Below are positions 9,389 to 18,480 of a DNA stretch of 64,000 bases, in pieces. Position numbers and translations under genes: made by a program. The stretch is from Desulfomonilia bacterium. GTDB lineage: Bacteria; Desulfobacterota; Desulfomonilia; UBA1062. Under the pieces are notes generated by a model. That model saw nothing but the letters and a program-made list of their open reading frames with translations. It had not been told where the DNA came from and did not search any database. The stretch lies in the NCBI GenBank assembly GCA_963664325.2, contig CAXXDQ010000006.1, positions 1-64,000 on the forward strand, read 5' to 3'. Each line of letters opens with the position of its first letter. Positions within the stretch are counted from its first letter, which is position 1.

Positions 9389-11818
9389 ATGATTACAAAG
9401 CCAGACACGGAAAGGGAAAAACTGAAAGATCCTGTCTGCAACATGGATGTAAACATCGACTCAAAATATAACTATAATTATGCAGGCAGACAGTATTATT
9501 TCTGCTGTGAGCACTGCCTGAACAAATTCAAAGAGAACCCGGCAGAATATCTTGAAAAGAAAGAATCGCCATACGTTGAAGAAGGCAGCGGTCCTGCTAC
9601 CTATACCTGTCCGATGCATCCCGAAATAAAACAGCAAAAACCGGGAAATTGCCCCAAATGCGGTATGGCGCTGGAACCTATGACACTTCCGGCGACCGTA
9701 ACCAGAACCGGTTACACATGCCCCATGCATCCCGAAATTTTGCAGGATCATCCCGGCAGCTGCCCCAAGTGCGGAATGGCCCTGGAGCCCCTCACGGTAA
9801 AGGTTGAAGAAAAGAATGAAGAACTTATCAACATGAGCCGCCGGTTCTGGATGAGCGTCATACTTGCTTTGCCCACGTTTGTACTTGCTATGGCGGCAGA
9901 TTTATTACCTGCTCTGCTTCCGGGCTGGTTAACCATGCAACGCGTTCAATGGATTGAATTTATTCTGGCGACGCCTGTCGTTTTATGGGGCGGCTGGCCG
10001 TTTTTCACAAGGGGCTGGGAATCCGTCAAAACGTGGAATCTCAATATGTTCACATTGATTGCCCTGGGTGTCTTTGTTGCATGGGCATACAGCATGACTG
10101 CCTTATTATTCCCGCAGATCTTTCCTCCGGCTATGCAAATGAAAGGCGGCCTGGTTGATGTATACTTCGAGGCGGCAGCCGTCATTACCGTGCTGGTGCT
10201 TTTCGGGCAGGTGCTTGAACTCCGCGCCCGCTCCCGAACCAATGCGGCCATTCAGATGCTGCTGGGACTTGCCCCGAATACGGCACGCATAGTCCGCAGC
10301 AGCGGCATAGAAGAGGATATCCCGCTTGAGCAGGTTAAGCCCGGCGATATCCTGCGCATCAGACCGGGGGAGAAAATACCGGTGGACGGCATAGTTGCCG
10401 AAGGTGAAAGCAATATCGACGAATCCATGGTCACGGGCGAACCTGTTCCTGTTGCCAAGACAGCCGGAGAAAAACTCATAGGGGCCACGGTCAACACAAC
10501 CGGCAGTCTGCTGATGCGGGCTGAAAAAGTGGGTTCCGATACACTGCTTGCCAGGATAATCAATATGGTGGCGCAGGCGCAGCGCTCGCGGGCTCCTATC
10601 CAAAAACTGGCAGATGTAGTGGCGGGCTATTTTGTACCGTTCGTGGTCAGCGTCTCCGTTACCGCATTTATCGTCTGGTTAGGCTGGGGTCCGGAACCGC
10701 GCCTGGCCCATGCCGTTATAAATGCGGTCGCGGTTCTCATCATCGCTTGCCCATGCGCGCTGGGACTGGCCACGCCCATTTCCATCATGGTCGGAACGGG
10801 CCGCGGCGCTTTTGCCGGAGTTTTAATAAAGAATGCCGAAGCCCTGGAGGTAATGGAAAAAGTGGACATCCTTGTGGTTGACAAGACCGGCACGCTGACC
10901 GAAGGCAGACCGAAACTGGCTTTTGTGCAGGCCCAGGAAGGCTTCAGTGAAGATCAGGTGCTGCGTTTGGCGGCCAGTCTGGAATTTGCCAGCGAGCACC
11001 CTCTGGCCCAGGCTATCGTAAACGGGGCGAAAGAAAAAAATATAGGATTGGTTAAAACAGGCAACTTCCTCTCAATTACCGGAAAAGGCGTTACGGGTGA
11101 AATTGACGGGCAGGCAGTAGCTGCAGGCAACATGAAACTGTTTGAAACCCTTGGCATAAATGCGGGAAGCCTGCCGGAACAGGCTGAAAAACACCGGCTC
11201 GAAGGCAAAACCGTTATGCTGGTTGCTGCCGGCGGGAAAGCAGCCGGTATGATCGGCGTCGCCGATCCCATCAAAGACTCTACACCTGAAGCTGTCAGCG
11301 ATCTGCATAGCGAGGGCATTGAGGTCGTAATGCTTACTGGCGACAGCCGGATTACTGCAAAAGCCGTTGCAGACAAGCTTGGAATAGTCCGGGTCCATGC
11401 CGAGATCCTGCCTGAGCAGAAAACCGAGATAGTCAGACAGCTTCAGGAGGACGGACATATTGTCGCCATGGCGGGCGACGGCATTAATGACGCCCCTGCG
11501 CTGGCACAGGCCCAGGTGGGAATTGCAATGGGCACAGGAACCGATGTGGCGATGGAGAGTGCAGGCATCACCCTGGTCAAAGGAGACCTGAGGGGCATTG
11601 TGAGGGCAAGGAAACTAAGCCGGGCCGTCATGCGCAATATCAAGCAGAATCTGTTTTTTGCCTTCATCTATAACTCGGCTGGAGTTCCGGTTGCTGCGGG
11701 CGTGTTGTATCCGTTTTTCGGAATACTGCTCTCCCCGATCATAGCCGCCGCCGCAATGAGTTTCAGCTCGGTTTCCGTCATTACCAATGCGCTCAGACTC
11801 AGAAGCGTGAAATTGTAA
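9389..11818 (+). CDS. copA: P1B-type Cu(I)/Ag(I) translocating ATPase with YHS and two heavy-metal-binding domains
   Basis: DPVC...YYFCC YHS domain, two YTCPMHP...CPKCGM domains, [23 protein letters not shown] and MxxSS. Confidence 0.95.
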   Translation: MITKPDTEREKLKDPVCNMDVNIDSKYNYNYAGRQYYFCCEHCLNKFKENPAEYLEKKESPYVEEGSGPATYTCPMHPEIKQQKPGNCPKCGMALEPMTLPATVTRTGYTCPMHPEILQDHPGSCPKCGMALEPLTVKVEEKNEELINMSRRFWMSVILALPTFVLAMAADLLPALLPGWLTMQRVQWIEFILATPVVLWGGWPFFTRGWESVKTWNLNMFTLIALGVFVAWAYSMTALLFPQIFPPAMQMKGGLVDVYFEAAAVITVLVLFGQVLELRARSRTNAAIQMLLGLAPNTARIVRSSGIEEDIPLEQVKPGDILRIRPGEKIPVDGIVAEGESNIDESMVTGEPVPVAKTAGEKLIGATVNTTGSLLMRAEKVGSDTLLARIINMVAQAQRSRAPIQKLADVVAGYFVPFVVSVSVTAFIVWLGWGPEPRLAHAVINAVAVLIIACPCALGLATPISIMVGTGRGAFAGVLIKNAEALEVMEKVDILVVDKTGTLTEGRPKLAFVQAQEGFSEDQVLRLAASLEFASEHPLAQAIVNGAKEKNIGLVKTGNFLSITGKGVTGEIDGQAVAAGNMKLFETLGINAGSLPEQAEKHRLEGKTVMLVAAGGKAAGMIGVADPIKDSTPEAVSDLHSEGIEVVMLTGDSRITAKAVADKLGIVRVHAEILPEQKTEIVRQLQEDGHIVAMAGDGINDAPALAQAQVGIAMGTGTDVAMESAGITLVKGDLRGIVRARKLSRAVMRNIKQNLFFAFIYNSAGVPVAAGVLYPFFGILLSPIIAAAAMSFSSVSVITNALRLRSVKL

Positions 11819-11915
11819 AGATTCGAGGCAATTCCGTAAGGACGGAAAGTCTTAGAACATATGTCCCGGCGGGCATGATTCCTTCCGGCAAGTCCGGAAT
11901 TAAATGGCGGTGGGA

Positions 11916-13184
11916 TTAAATCCTTATTTCAAGGGCTCTGAGCCTTTTCAGGATTCCCAGGAGCATTCTTGCCGTCCATTCGTTGAATGCGCCGGAATCC
12001 GGTGAATAGTAGCGCGCGGATACCTGTATCAGAAGCCCCTTGTCTTTAATGCCTGAGAAAATTACGGATGCAGGCGCTTCGGGATTCATGGCCTCGTGAT
12101 TTGAGAGCAGTTCCTTTATCGAACCGACAGCAAGATCGATTTTATCGGCAGGAGTATCCGATGAGACGGTGATTCCGGCATCCCACTTCAAAAAGGGGCT
12201 GTTCCCCGCATTGACGAGCGTTGTATTGACGACCTTTTCATTGGGGATGGATACAAGTGAGCCGTTCGCTGTCCTTATCCGAGTGCTCCTGAAACCCACT
12301 TCTTCCACGGTACCTTCATATCCGTCTATTATGATTATGTCTCCGACAGTAAAGGGTTTGTCAAAAAGGATTGTGAGCGATCCCAGGAAATTTGCTATCG
12401 AATCCTTTGCAGCCAGGGCTACTGCAACACCGCCTATGCCCAGTGATGCCAGCATGGGCCCCAGGTCCATTCCGGTTGAGGTGTGTATGAGCGTCATGGC
12501 TCCGAATATGACGACCAGGACCTTGAAGATTTTTCCGACAAGAGGGACCAGTGAATTATCAAGCTCGCTTTTTGTGCGGTCCACCACACTTCTCAGGTAA
12601 GATTCGATAACCCCGACCAGCCGGTAAAGGAACCAGAAGATAATAAAAGCGGCCACTACGCCGGCTGCCTTTCCTGCAACAAGATAAACGGATTTATTGT
12701 ATTTCAGCAGCGGATGAAGGCATCCGTAAGCACCGAAAAAAACGATAAAAAGGCTGACGGGTCTTCTTGCAGCCGACGCGATCTTTGATGCGATGTGAAA
12801 TCTGCCTCGGGAAAAAAGCTTTTTTGCCTGCCTGCCAATGGTATAACTGGCCGTTCTTTCGCCGATTACGATCAGGATCAGGAAAACTATCCGTAAAGCA
12901 AGTTCGGCAAGTGATATGCCCAGGATACTTTCCGGGGGGATGATATTTCCTGCATATTTTGATGCATCCCTGCTTAGCTTGCTGATGCCGCCTTCCAGCT
13001 GCCGGCCTGCTGCAAGCACCTTTTCGTTTGCTGCGGAACTGTTTGCCGCTCCGTTTTCTATAACGGTTGTATCAATGTCCTTTTTCGGGCTGTCCGCGAG
13101 CATGGTTGAGGCGGGAATAACCAGCAGCGAAATAAACACGGCCATCGCAGAGTATAATAATAAAGGTTTAAATATGTTTTTCAT
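11916..13184 (-). CDS. mscS: MscS-family mechanosensitive channel
   Basis: LGIGGVAVALAAKD...DKPFTVGD...GTVEEVGFRSTRIR...IPN. Start placed at 13184 after a GGAGAAGG RBS. Confidence 0.9.
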   Translation of the reverse strand: MKNIFKPLLLYSAMAVFISLLVIPASTMLADSPKKDIDTTVIENGAANSSAANEKVLAAGRQLEGGISKLSRDASKYAGNIIPPESILGISLAELALRIVFLILIVIGERTASYTIGRQAKKLFSRGRFHIASKIASAARRPVSLFIVFFGAYGCLHPLLKYNKSVYLVAGKAAGVVAAFIIFWFLYRLVGVIESYLRSVVDRTKSELDNSLVPLVGKIFKVLVVIFGAMTLIHTSTGMDLGPMLASLGIGGVAVALAAKDSIANFLGSLTILFDKPFTVGDIIIIDGYEGTVEEVGFRSTRIRTANGSLVSIPNEKVVNTTLVNAGNSPFLKWDAGITVSSDTPADKIDLAVGSIKELLSNHEAMNPEAPASVIFSGIKDKGLLIQVSARYYSPDSGAFNEWTARMLLGILKRLRALEIRI

Positions 13185-13488
13185 CAACCTTCTCCGTAAA
13201 AACATTTTCTTGCGAACGTAAATTTTCATGTCTGTAAAACCGTCACAGTCAAATAACCCGATGTGGTTAATATCGTCAAATTTTATAATGAATAATTTCT
13301 TTCATAAACAAACAAAATATCATCCGTGAATATTCTGTAAATAGTGCGGGGCATGCATCAGTATTGTTTTATAACCCGGTTCATTTATATTTTATTGATA
13401 ATCCTGCTTTTGAAAATGCAGCTGTTAAGATATAAATTATCAGCACTTTTATCAGAAAATAATTAAACGATTATATTCGGAATTACGA

Positions 13489-14388
13489 TCAGCATTCGAT
13501 CCTGATGTTTTTTCTGTTAACGATCCTGATGGGGATTGCAGCGCCTGATATCTCAGTCAGTAATTTCCCGATGTCGATATTGCCGGAAACAAGGGTTTCT
13601 ATTCTTATCTTAGAGAATATCCCGTATGCGAGCTCCATGCTTTCAAGCGAGAGAGTGTTCTTGTAAAGTGTTTCAAAACGGTTTTTCGTTTCCATTAGTC
13701 CCTGAACAAGGAGCTTTACCCTTGCAATGATTTCTTCATGACTGAGCGATTCAAAAGCACCGAAGAAAACAAAGGCGTCACCTTCGAGTATAAGGAAGTC
13801 AAGAGGGTAGGCTATCCTGTAAAATGTTCTTGTGACAGGGTTCTCAAGCGGAAGCGCTCTCAGCCCGTGTTTGACGAAATATTGCTGCAGCTCCTCATCG
13901 CCGTGAAGTATCCCGAGCAGGCCCCTTTTTGATGCCTTCGGAACGGCTTCATCAATAATTGTTCCGGCAATCGTTTGAAAATTGTCCGGATAATAAACTA
14001 TTACGGGCAGCGGTGCGAACCCGTCTTTATCAGGAGCGGTTTTCTCAAGCGGAATTACGATCTTGTCGAAGGCGAGCATGATGCCGTATGAAAGATGTAC
14101 ATCCGTGGACCGGGCCAGATTCTTTTCAGTAAACACGAGGCAGAAACTGGAAGAAATGATTTTTGAGCAGACCTGCTCGCAGAATGCAAGCTTGTTCCGG
14201 TCGCCTGCATAAGGCATTATATATGATTTCAGTCCCCTTTCCCCGAGCAGCCCGTTCAGGGTGTTTATTTCCATGCCGTACTTTTCGTTATCAGGAACGG
14301 CAATAAATACGCTTTCATCACAGCCGAAGAATTTTCCGCAATAAGGAAGATCCAGCATGCAGGATTTATTCTGTATATGATCTTTCAT
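13489..14388 (-). CDS. hypothetical protein with an N-terminal TIR/nucleoside-deoxyribosyltransferase-like Rossmannoid domain
   Basis: VFIA...CSKIISSSFCLVF...DVHLSYGIMLAFDKIVIPL pattern. Abuts the stop of the upstream gene. Confidence 0.6.
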   Translation of the reverse strand: MKDHIQNKSCMLDLPYCGKFFGCDESVFIAVPDNEKYGMEINTLNGLLGERGLKSYIMPYAGDRNKLAFCEQVCSKIISSSFCLVFTEKNLARSTDVHLSYGIMLAFDKIVIPLEKTAPDKDGFAPLPVIVYYPDNFQTIAGTIIDEAVPKASKRGLLGILHGDEELQQYFVKHGLRALPLENPVTRTFYRIAYPLDFLILEGDAFVFFGAFESLSHEEIIARVKLLVQGLMETKNRFETLYKNTLSLESMELAYGIFSKIRIETLVSGNIDIGKLLTEISGAAIPIRIVNRKNIRIEC

Positions 14389-15660
14389 TCAGGAAACACC
14401 GTGGCGTTCGATCATGTCGAGAACAAGGGCGGGCCAGGTGAACGTGCCGGCCCCTTTGCCCAGGCCTGTTTCTGGGTCAAAGTATTCATAAAACCCGTTT
14501 TTAAAAATAAGACCTGCGGTCTTTTCAGTTATTGCCGATGCAATGTCGGCCCTGCCGTAAATCGAAGCCGCTTCTGCCGCGGCCCAGTTCATGCTGATCC
14601 AGATGCAGGGCCCCCTCCACAGCATGGAATCCTTGAACCATTTCAGGTCCTGCTCTTTTGCCGAGTTGAACTGGACGCCGTAATCGCAGGCGAAATGTTC
14701 AGTGGAATTGATATACCCGTTGATCACCCTTTTGGCCCTGTCTTCCGATACGAGGCCTGAAAGGAGAGGCATGACGCCGTTCAGGCATGACCTGAAAACA
14801 CTGACAGGCTCTGGTTTCAGCCATCTCGGATAATAAAATCCCCTTGTTTCATCCCACAACAGGTTTTCGCAGGCGTCGATGATTGCCGTTGCCAGGTCCT
14901 TGCATTTTTCCGCATTCATCTTATCTCCTGCTGCGGAAAAAAGCCTTGATACAGCCATGGCCCCAGCTGCAGCAAGGCCGTTCATGCCGACGTCCTGGAA
15001 TACGAACGCTCTGTTCTTAAGCGCCATTTTCCCGTCCCAGCCGAGCCTCGCGATTGCTTTAAGCTGCCTGAGATAGGCGGAGGCATATTTCAAAAACCAT
15101 GAAGGCCTGCGCACATCGACACCGCAAGCCCCGTCAAAGTACGGTGCCGCATCGGTCCCTGCTTCCCATGGATGGACTATGCACACAAGGTTGTCGTTAA
15201 GAAAAATTCTGTCCTTCATCAGGTATTCAAGGCATTTGAGCATTGAAGGCAGCAGCTTTAATATCCGGGCATCCTTTGTCCGGTTGTAAACAATCCCGGC
15301 GGCGATCAGAAAAGACGGCGGGTCGATGAGCCGGCTCCGGCCCATGCTGTCAAACTGGACGAAGACCGATTTGATGAGCATCTTCCTGAAAAGGGATTCT
15401 TTCTCCTCCAGGCCTTCGACCCGGGCCTCGTGAGGGACAAGCCCGTCTTCCAGCTGAAATGCGAATACGGCCTGGAGCTCCCTGAAGGCAAGTTCCGGGT
15501 CAATGACGGAAAGGGCAATCGCATGCCAGCCCGAATCCCATGCGAAAAATGACTGGTAGGCCCCGGGTGCGGGCTGGTGAAACATTAGGCCCCGCCATTT
15601 TACAAGGTTTCTGTCAAATACGTTTAAAGCCTGCTTTTCAAGATATTCCCTCATCATCAA
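14389..15660 (-). CDS. GH63/MGH1-like (alpha/alpha)6 glycoside hydrolase
   Basis: FAWDSGWHA, HPWEAGTD, WRGPCWISMNW, FYEYFDP.TG.G.GA.TFTW. Confidence 0.85.
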   Translation of the reverse strand: MMMREYLEKQALNVFDRNLVKWRGLMFHQPAPGAYQSFFAWDSGWHAIALSVIDPELAFRELQAVFAFQLEDGLVPHEARVEGLEEKESLFRKMLIKSVFVQFDSMGRSRLIDPPSFLIAAGIVYNRTKDARILKLLPSMLKCLEYLMKDRIFLNDNLVCIVHPWEAGTDAAPYFDGACGVDVRRPSWFLKYASAYLRQLKAIARLGWDGKMALKNRAFVFQDVGMNGLAAAGAMAVSRLFSAAGDKMNAEKCKDLATAIIDACENLLWDETRGFYYPRWLKPEPVSVFRSCLNGVMPLLSGLVSEDRAKRVINGYINSTEHFACDYGVQFNSAKEQDLKWFKDSMLWRGPCIWISMNWAAAEAASIYGRADIASAITEKTAGLIFKNGFYEYFDPETGLGKGAGTFTWPALVLDMIERHGVS

Positions 15661-16967
15661 CCGCCTCCGTCTTCCCTGCCTGTGCGCTTGAGAACCAGCC
15701 GGTCATGGCGGTGCTTTAGAGAGGCTCGCTCCTCCTCGGTCAGGGCATTATGATTGAATGCCTGTTCCACCAGAGAAACCGCCCGCCCGATGTCATGGCT
15801 CCTGTGTTCGCAGAATTTGGCAAGTTCGGTCAGTGCGAACAGGTCATGGCTGTCCGAAGCGGTGATGTCTTCCCACAGGCAGACCGCGTCCTGCCATTGG
15901 CCGGATTTTTTATAGATGAGGGAAAGCATCTTTTTGGCCTCCCTCGAATATGAAGGATCTCCGCTGACGACGGCCGCTTCGATCATCTGGCGCATCAGAT
16001 CCTGGTTCCCGTGGTCCTTATGAAGCTTTGCCGCGGCCAGGTTGTCTCCGGGATGGGCCTTTTCTATGCAGCTCCCTGAAATCACTTCAGTCAGGTGACT
16101 GACAAGGGACGCCATCGATACAATATCGAAGCGGTTGTGCTCGAAGACATCCTCCATCAGCGAGGGATTGTGGCTTCTCAGCCAGTCGAAATAGCGCTGC
16201 GGGATTTCCGAACCCGGGACATCGCCTGCCCTCCTGAACCCGAGCACCTCGTCTTCGAGGGTGACGAGCCGGCAATTGGTCGTGCGGTGCGAAAGAAGCC
16301 TGCGGGACGGATTGAGCAGGTCAAGGTGCGGCATGGATTTCAGAGCGTCTTCCAGCCGGTTCAGGATGAAGCGCGCCGACAGGAGGCTCAGGTCAAAGGC
16401 CCGGCCGTTGAATGAGACCAGGAATTTCTTTCCGGCTGCGGTCTCGTTCAGGAAGGCTAGCATGGCCTTCTCGTCGGAATAGTCCCGGGCAAAGAGCTGG
16501 CATGTGACGAAGTCGGCACCCTCGAAAAATCCGAGTCCGATCAAAAAGGGCAGCGTGCCCGTCCCGCCTGCAAGCCCCGTGGTCTCGGTATCGAAAAAGA
16601 GCGCATCATGGGGATTGAAGCAGGCAATTGCGGGATGGAAGGCCAGCATGGAAGCAGCCTGCATGTCGATTTTCAGGCAGTCTCTGATAAGCCTGCCGCC
16701 ATGGCTTGAATCTGCGTGAAACCGGCTCCTTGAAAAAAAGAACTCGCCGTGTGCGTTTCTCACCACTTCGCCTGAAAGAACGGTTTCAATAGGAACTGAG
16801 GACTTTTTCAGACCGGGCTTCGGCCCTGGCTGTGTCCTGTGCCCTCTGGCCATGATCGCATCGATCTTGCGCCTAAGCTCCTCAAGGCCGGGTTTGTTGC
16901 CCGGTATTCTGGTTCTGGCCTGAGGCTTTTCATTGGTAAGCCTTTTCAGTCTGTCAATCGTACTCAT
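15657..16967 (-). CDS. YprB/MrfB-like RNase H-fold (DEDD) exonuclease with C-terminal TPR-like helices
   Basis: FFDTETTGLAGGTG, VSFNGRAFD, HLDLL, DVPGSEIP, HNRFDI and LAKFCEHR. Confidence 0.9.
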   Translation of the reverse strand: MSTIDRLKRLTNEKPQARTRIPGNKPGLEELRRKIDAIMARGHRTQPGPKPGLKKSSVPIETVLSGEVVRNAHGEFFFSRSRFHADSSHGGRLIRDCLKIDMQAASMLAFHPAIACFNPHDALFFDTETTGLAGGTGTLPFLIGLGFFEGADFVTCQLFARDYSDEKAMLAFLNETAAGKKFLVSFNGRAFDLSLLSARFILNRLEDALKSMPHLDLLNPSRRLLSHRTTNCRLVTLEDEVLGFRRAGDVPGSEIPQRYFDWLRSHNPSLMEDVFEHNRFDIVSMASLVSHLTEVISGSCIEKAHPGDNLAAAKLHKDHGNQDLMRQMIEAAVVSGDPSYSREAKKMLSLIYKKSGQWQDAVCLWEDITASDSHDLFALTELAKFCEHRSHDIGRAVSLVEQAFNHNALTEEERASLKHRHDRLVLKRTGREDGGG

Positions 16968-16976
16968 GCGATGAAT

Positions 16977-17005
16977 AACGTAGGTCTAACGCCAGCTGAT
17001 GTCAA
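16977..17005 (-). promoter_or_regulatory. putative sigma70 promoter of the mrfB-like operon
   Basis: Minus strand TTGACA-N17-TACGTT ending about 10 nt before the ATG at 16967, so the transcript may be near-leaderless. Confidence 0.5.
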
Positions 17006-17044
17006 CAGCCGGGAATTTATTTTAAAAGGGTTATTAAGCGTTTG

Positions 17045-18319
17045 TCAGATAATGATGATCATTGCCAGCGTTATGCATGTCATCATTATTGCGGCGGGCA
17101 GGATGTAGCGTCTCAGGCCGGAACTTCCCATGGATATGACTATCAGCCCCTTGACTGCGGTATTGGTTGCAGCGGCCAGGACAATGCCTGTCGCAGCGCT
17201 TCCCGCATCGAGCCCGCCCTGGTTCAAACTCAGCTGGGCAAGCGATACTGATATGGCGTCCACATCTGCGATGCCTGCCAGCACGCTGGAAATCAGCACT
17301 CCGCTGTCACCCCATTTCATCTCGGTAAATTTTGAAGCTATAAGTATCACTGAAACCAGAAGGGCAAAGCTTATGGCTGGCCACAGCTCGAACGGGTTTG
17401 CAAAGGACACTTCGGCTGCATTGTCCGTGCGGCCGGCCTTTTGATAAAGCCAGAAGCAGTATACGAGACCCGCCGCTACAGGTATCAGCATGGGCAGGGT
17501 GATCCTTTCGGCCAGCGGCAGGTTCAGGACACCAACGATCACGATGATACGGCCGAACATGACTGTCCATGCGATCGTTATTGCGAGGGCGAAGTTTCTT
17601 GCCAGCGCCAGTGCCTGGCGGCTCTGCTGGGTGCATGAAAGCGTGAGCGCGGTGGACGATGCCAGCCCGCCCAGGAGGCCTGTCAGGCCCATGCCTTTTG
17701 ACGGGCCGATGACCTTGATCAGGATATACCCAACGAAGCTGATCCCGGAAATAAGTATGACCAGCATCCATATCTTGAACGGGTTGACCTCGTTGAAAGG
17801 CGCGGGACCGAAGGTCGTGTTCGGAAGTATCGGAAGTATGATGGCGGTTATGACGGCGAATTTAAGCGTTGCAAAGAGGTCTTCCCTGGACATGCGTTTC
17901 ACTATGCCGTGCAGTTCGGGTTTCATGGATAAGAGGAGCGTCGTCATGACTCCCAGCGCTGCCGCTACCGCCAGCTGGCTGTGGTAGCACATGATCCCGC
18001 ATATAAAGGCAATGAGCGCGGATACTTCCCCGGTAATCCCGGACCTTTCGTTGAGCGTATCCGCATACTGCGTTACGGCGAATATGACCCCGAAGACCCC
18101 GATCATGGCGACAAGGGGCAGGATGGAATGGGTGATGTCCGAAATAAACGCCGAGGCGCAGCCGCACAGCGAGATGAGCGCAAACGTCCTGATTCCGGCG
18201 GTATGCTCCCTTTCCTCGCCCTTGCTGAAGGAGAATTCGCGCTGCATGCCGATGAGGATGCCGATAAGGAGCGCCACCCCGAATCTTAAAAACAGAATCG
18301 ATTCCTGCTGTACGGGCAT
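17045..18319 (-). CDS. MgtC/SapB family membrane protein with DUF4010
   Basis: LIGILIGMQRE...AGIRTFALI, LPILPN..GP..NP..IW, GGLASSTA and GIADVDA. Confidence 0.92.
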   Translation of the reverse strand: MPVQQESILFLRFGVALLIGILIGMQREFSFSKGEEREHTAGIRTFALISLCGCASAFISDITHSILPLVAMIGVFGVIFAVTQYADTLNERSGITGEVSALIAFICGIMCYHSQLAVAAALGVMTTLLLSMKPELHGIVKRMSREDLFATLKFAVITAIILPILPNTTFGPAPFNEVNPFKIWMLVILISGISFVGYILIKVIGPSKGMGLTGLLGGLASSTALTLSCTQQSRQALALARNFALAITIAWTVMFGRIIVIVGVLNLPLAERITLPMLIPVAAGLVYCFWLYQKAGRTDNAAEVSFANPFELWPAISFALLVSVILIASKFTEMKWGDSGVLISSVLAGIADVDAISVSLAQLSLNQGGLDAGSAATGIVLAAATNTAVKGLIVISMGSSGLRRYILPAAIMMTCITLAMIIII

Positions 18320-18480
18320 AGATTTCTTATCGGCTTCAGGAATAAATTATTAAACAATTATATCAGGATAATAATGTCCCATGTTCAAGGCGCATAAATT
18401 CTTTACAGTTTAAGGGCCGGGCTGTAAACTTTATATAGAGGTAAAAATATACTTCAGACAAACCGAATGGCAGGGGAGAG

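Noticed and set aside
9601-9790. DNA-level duplication in copA
   Set aside because: Explained by two tandem YTCPMHP heavy-metal-binding domains, which are common in this family.
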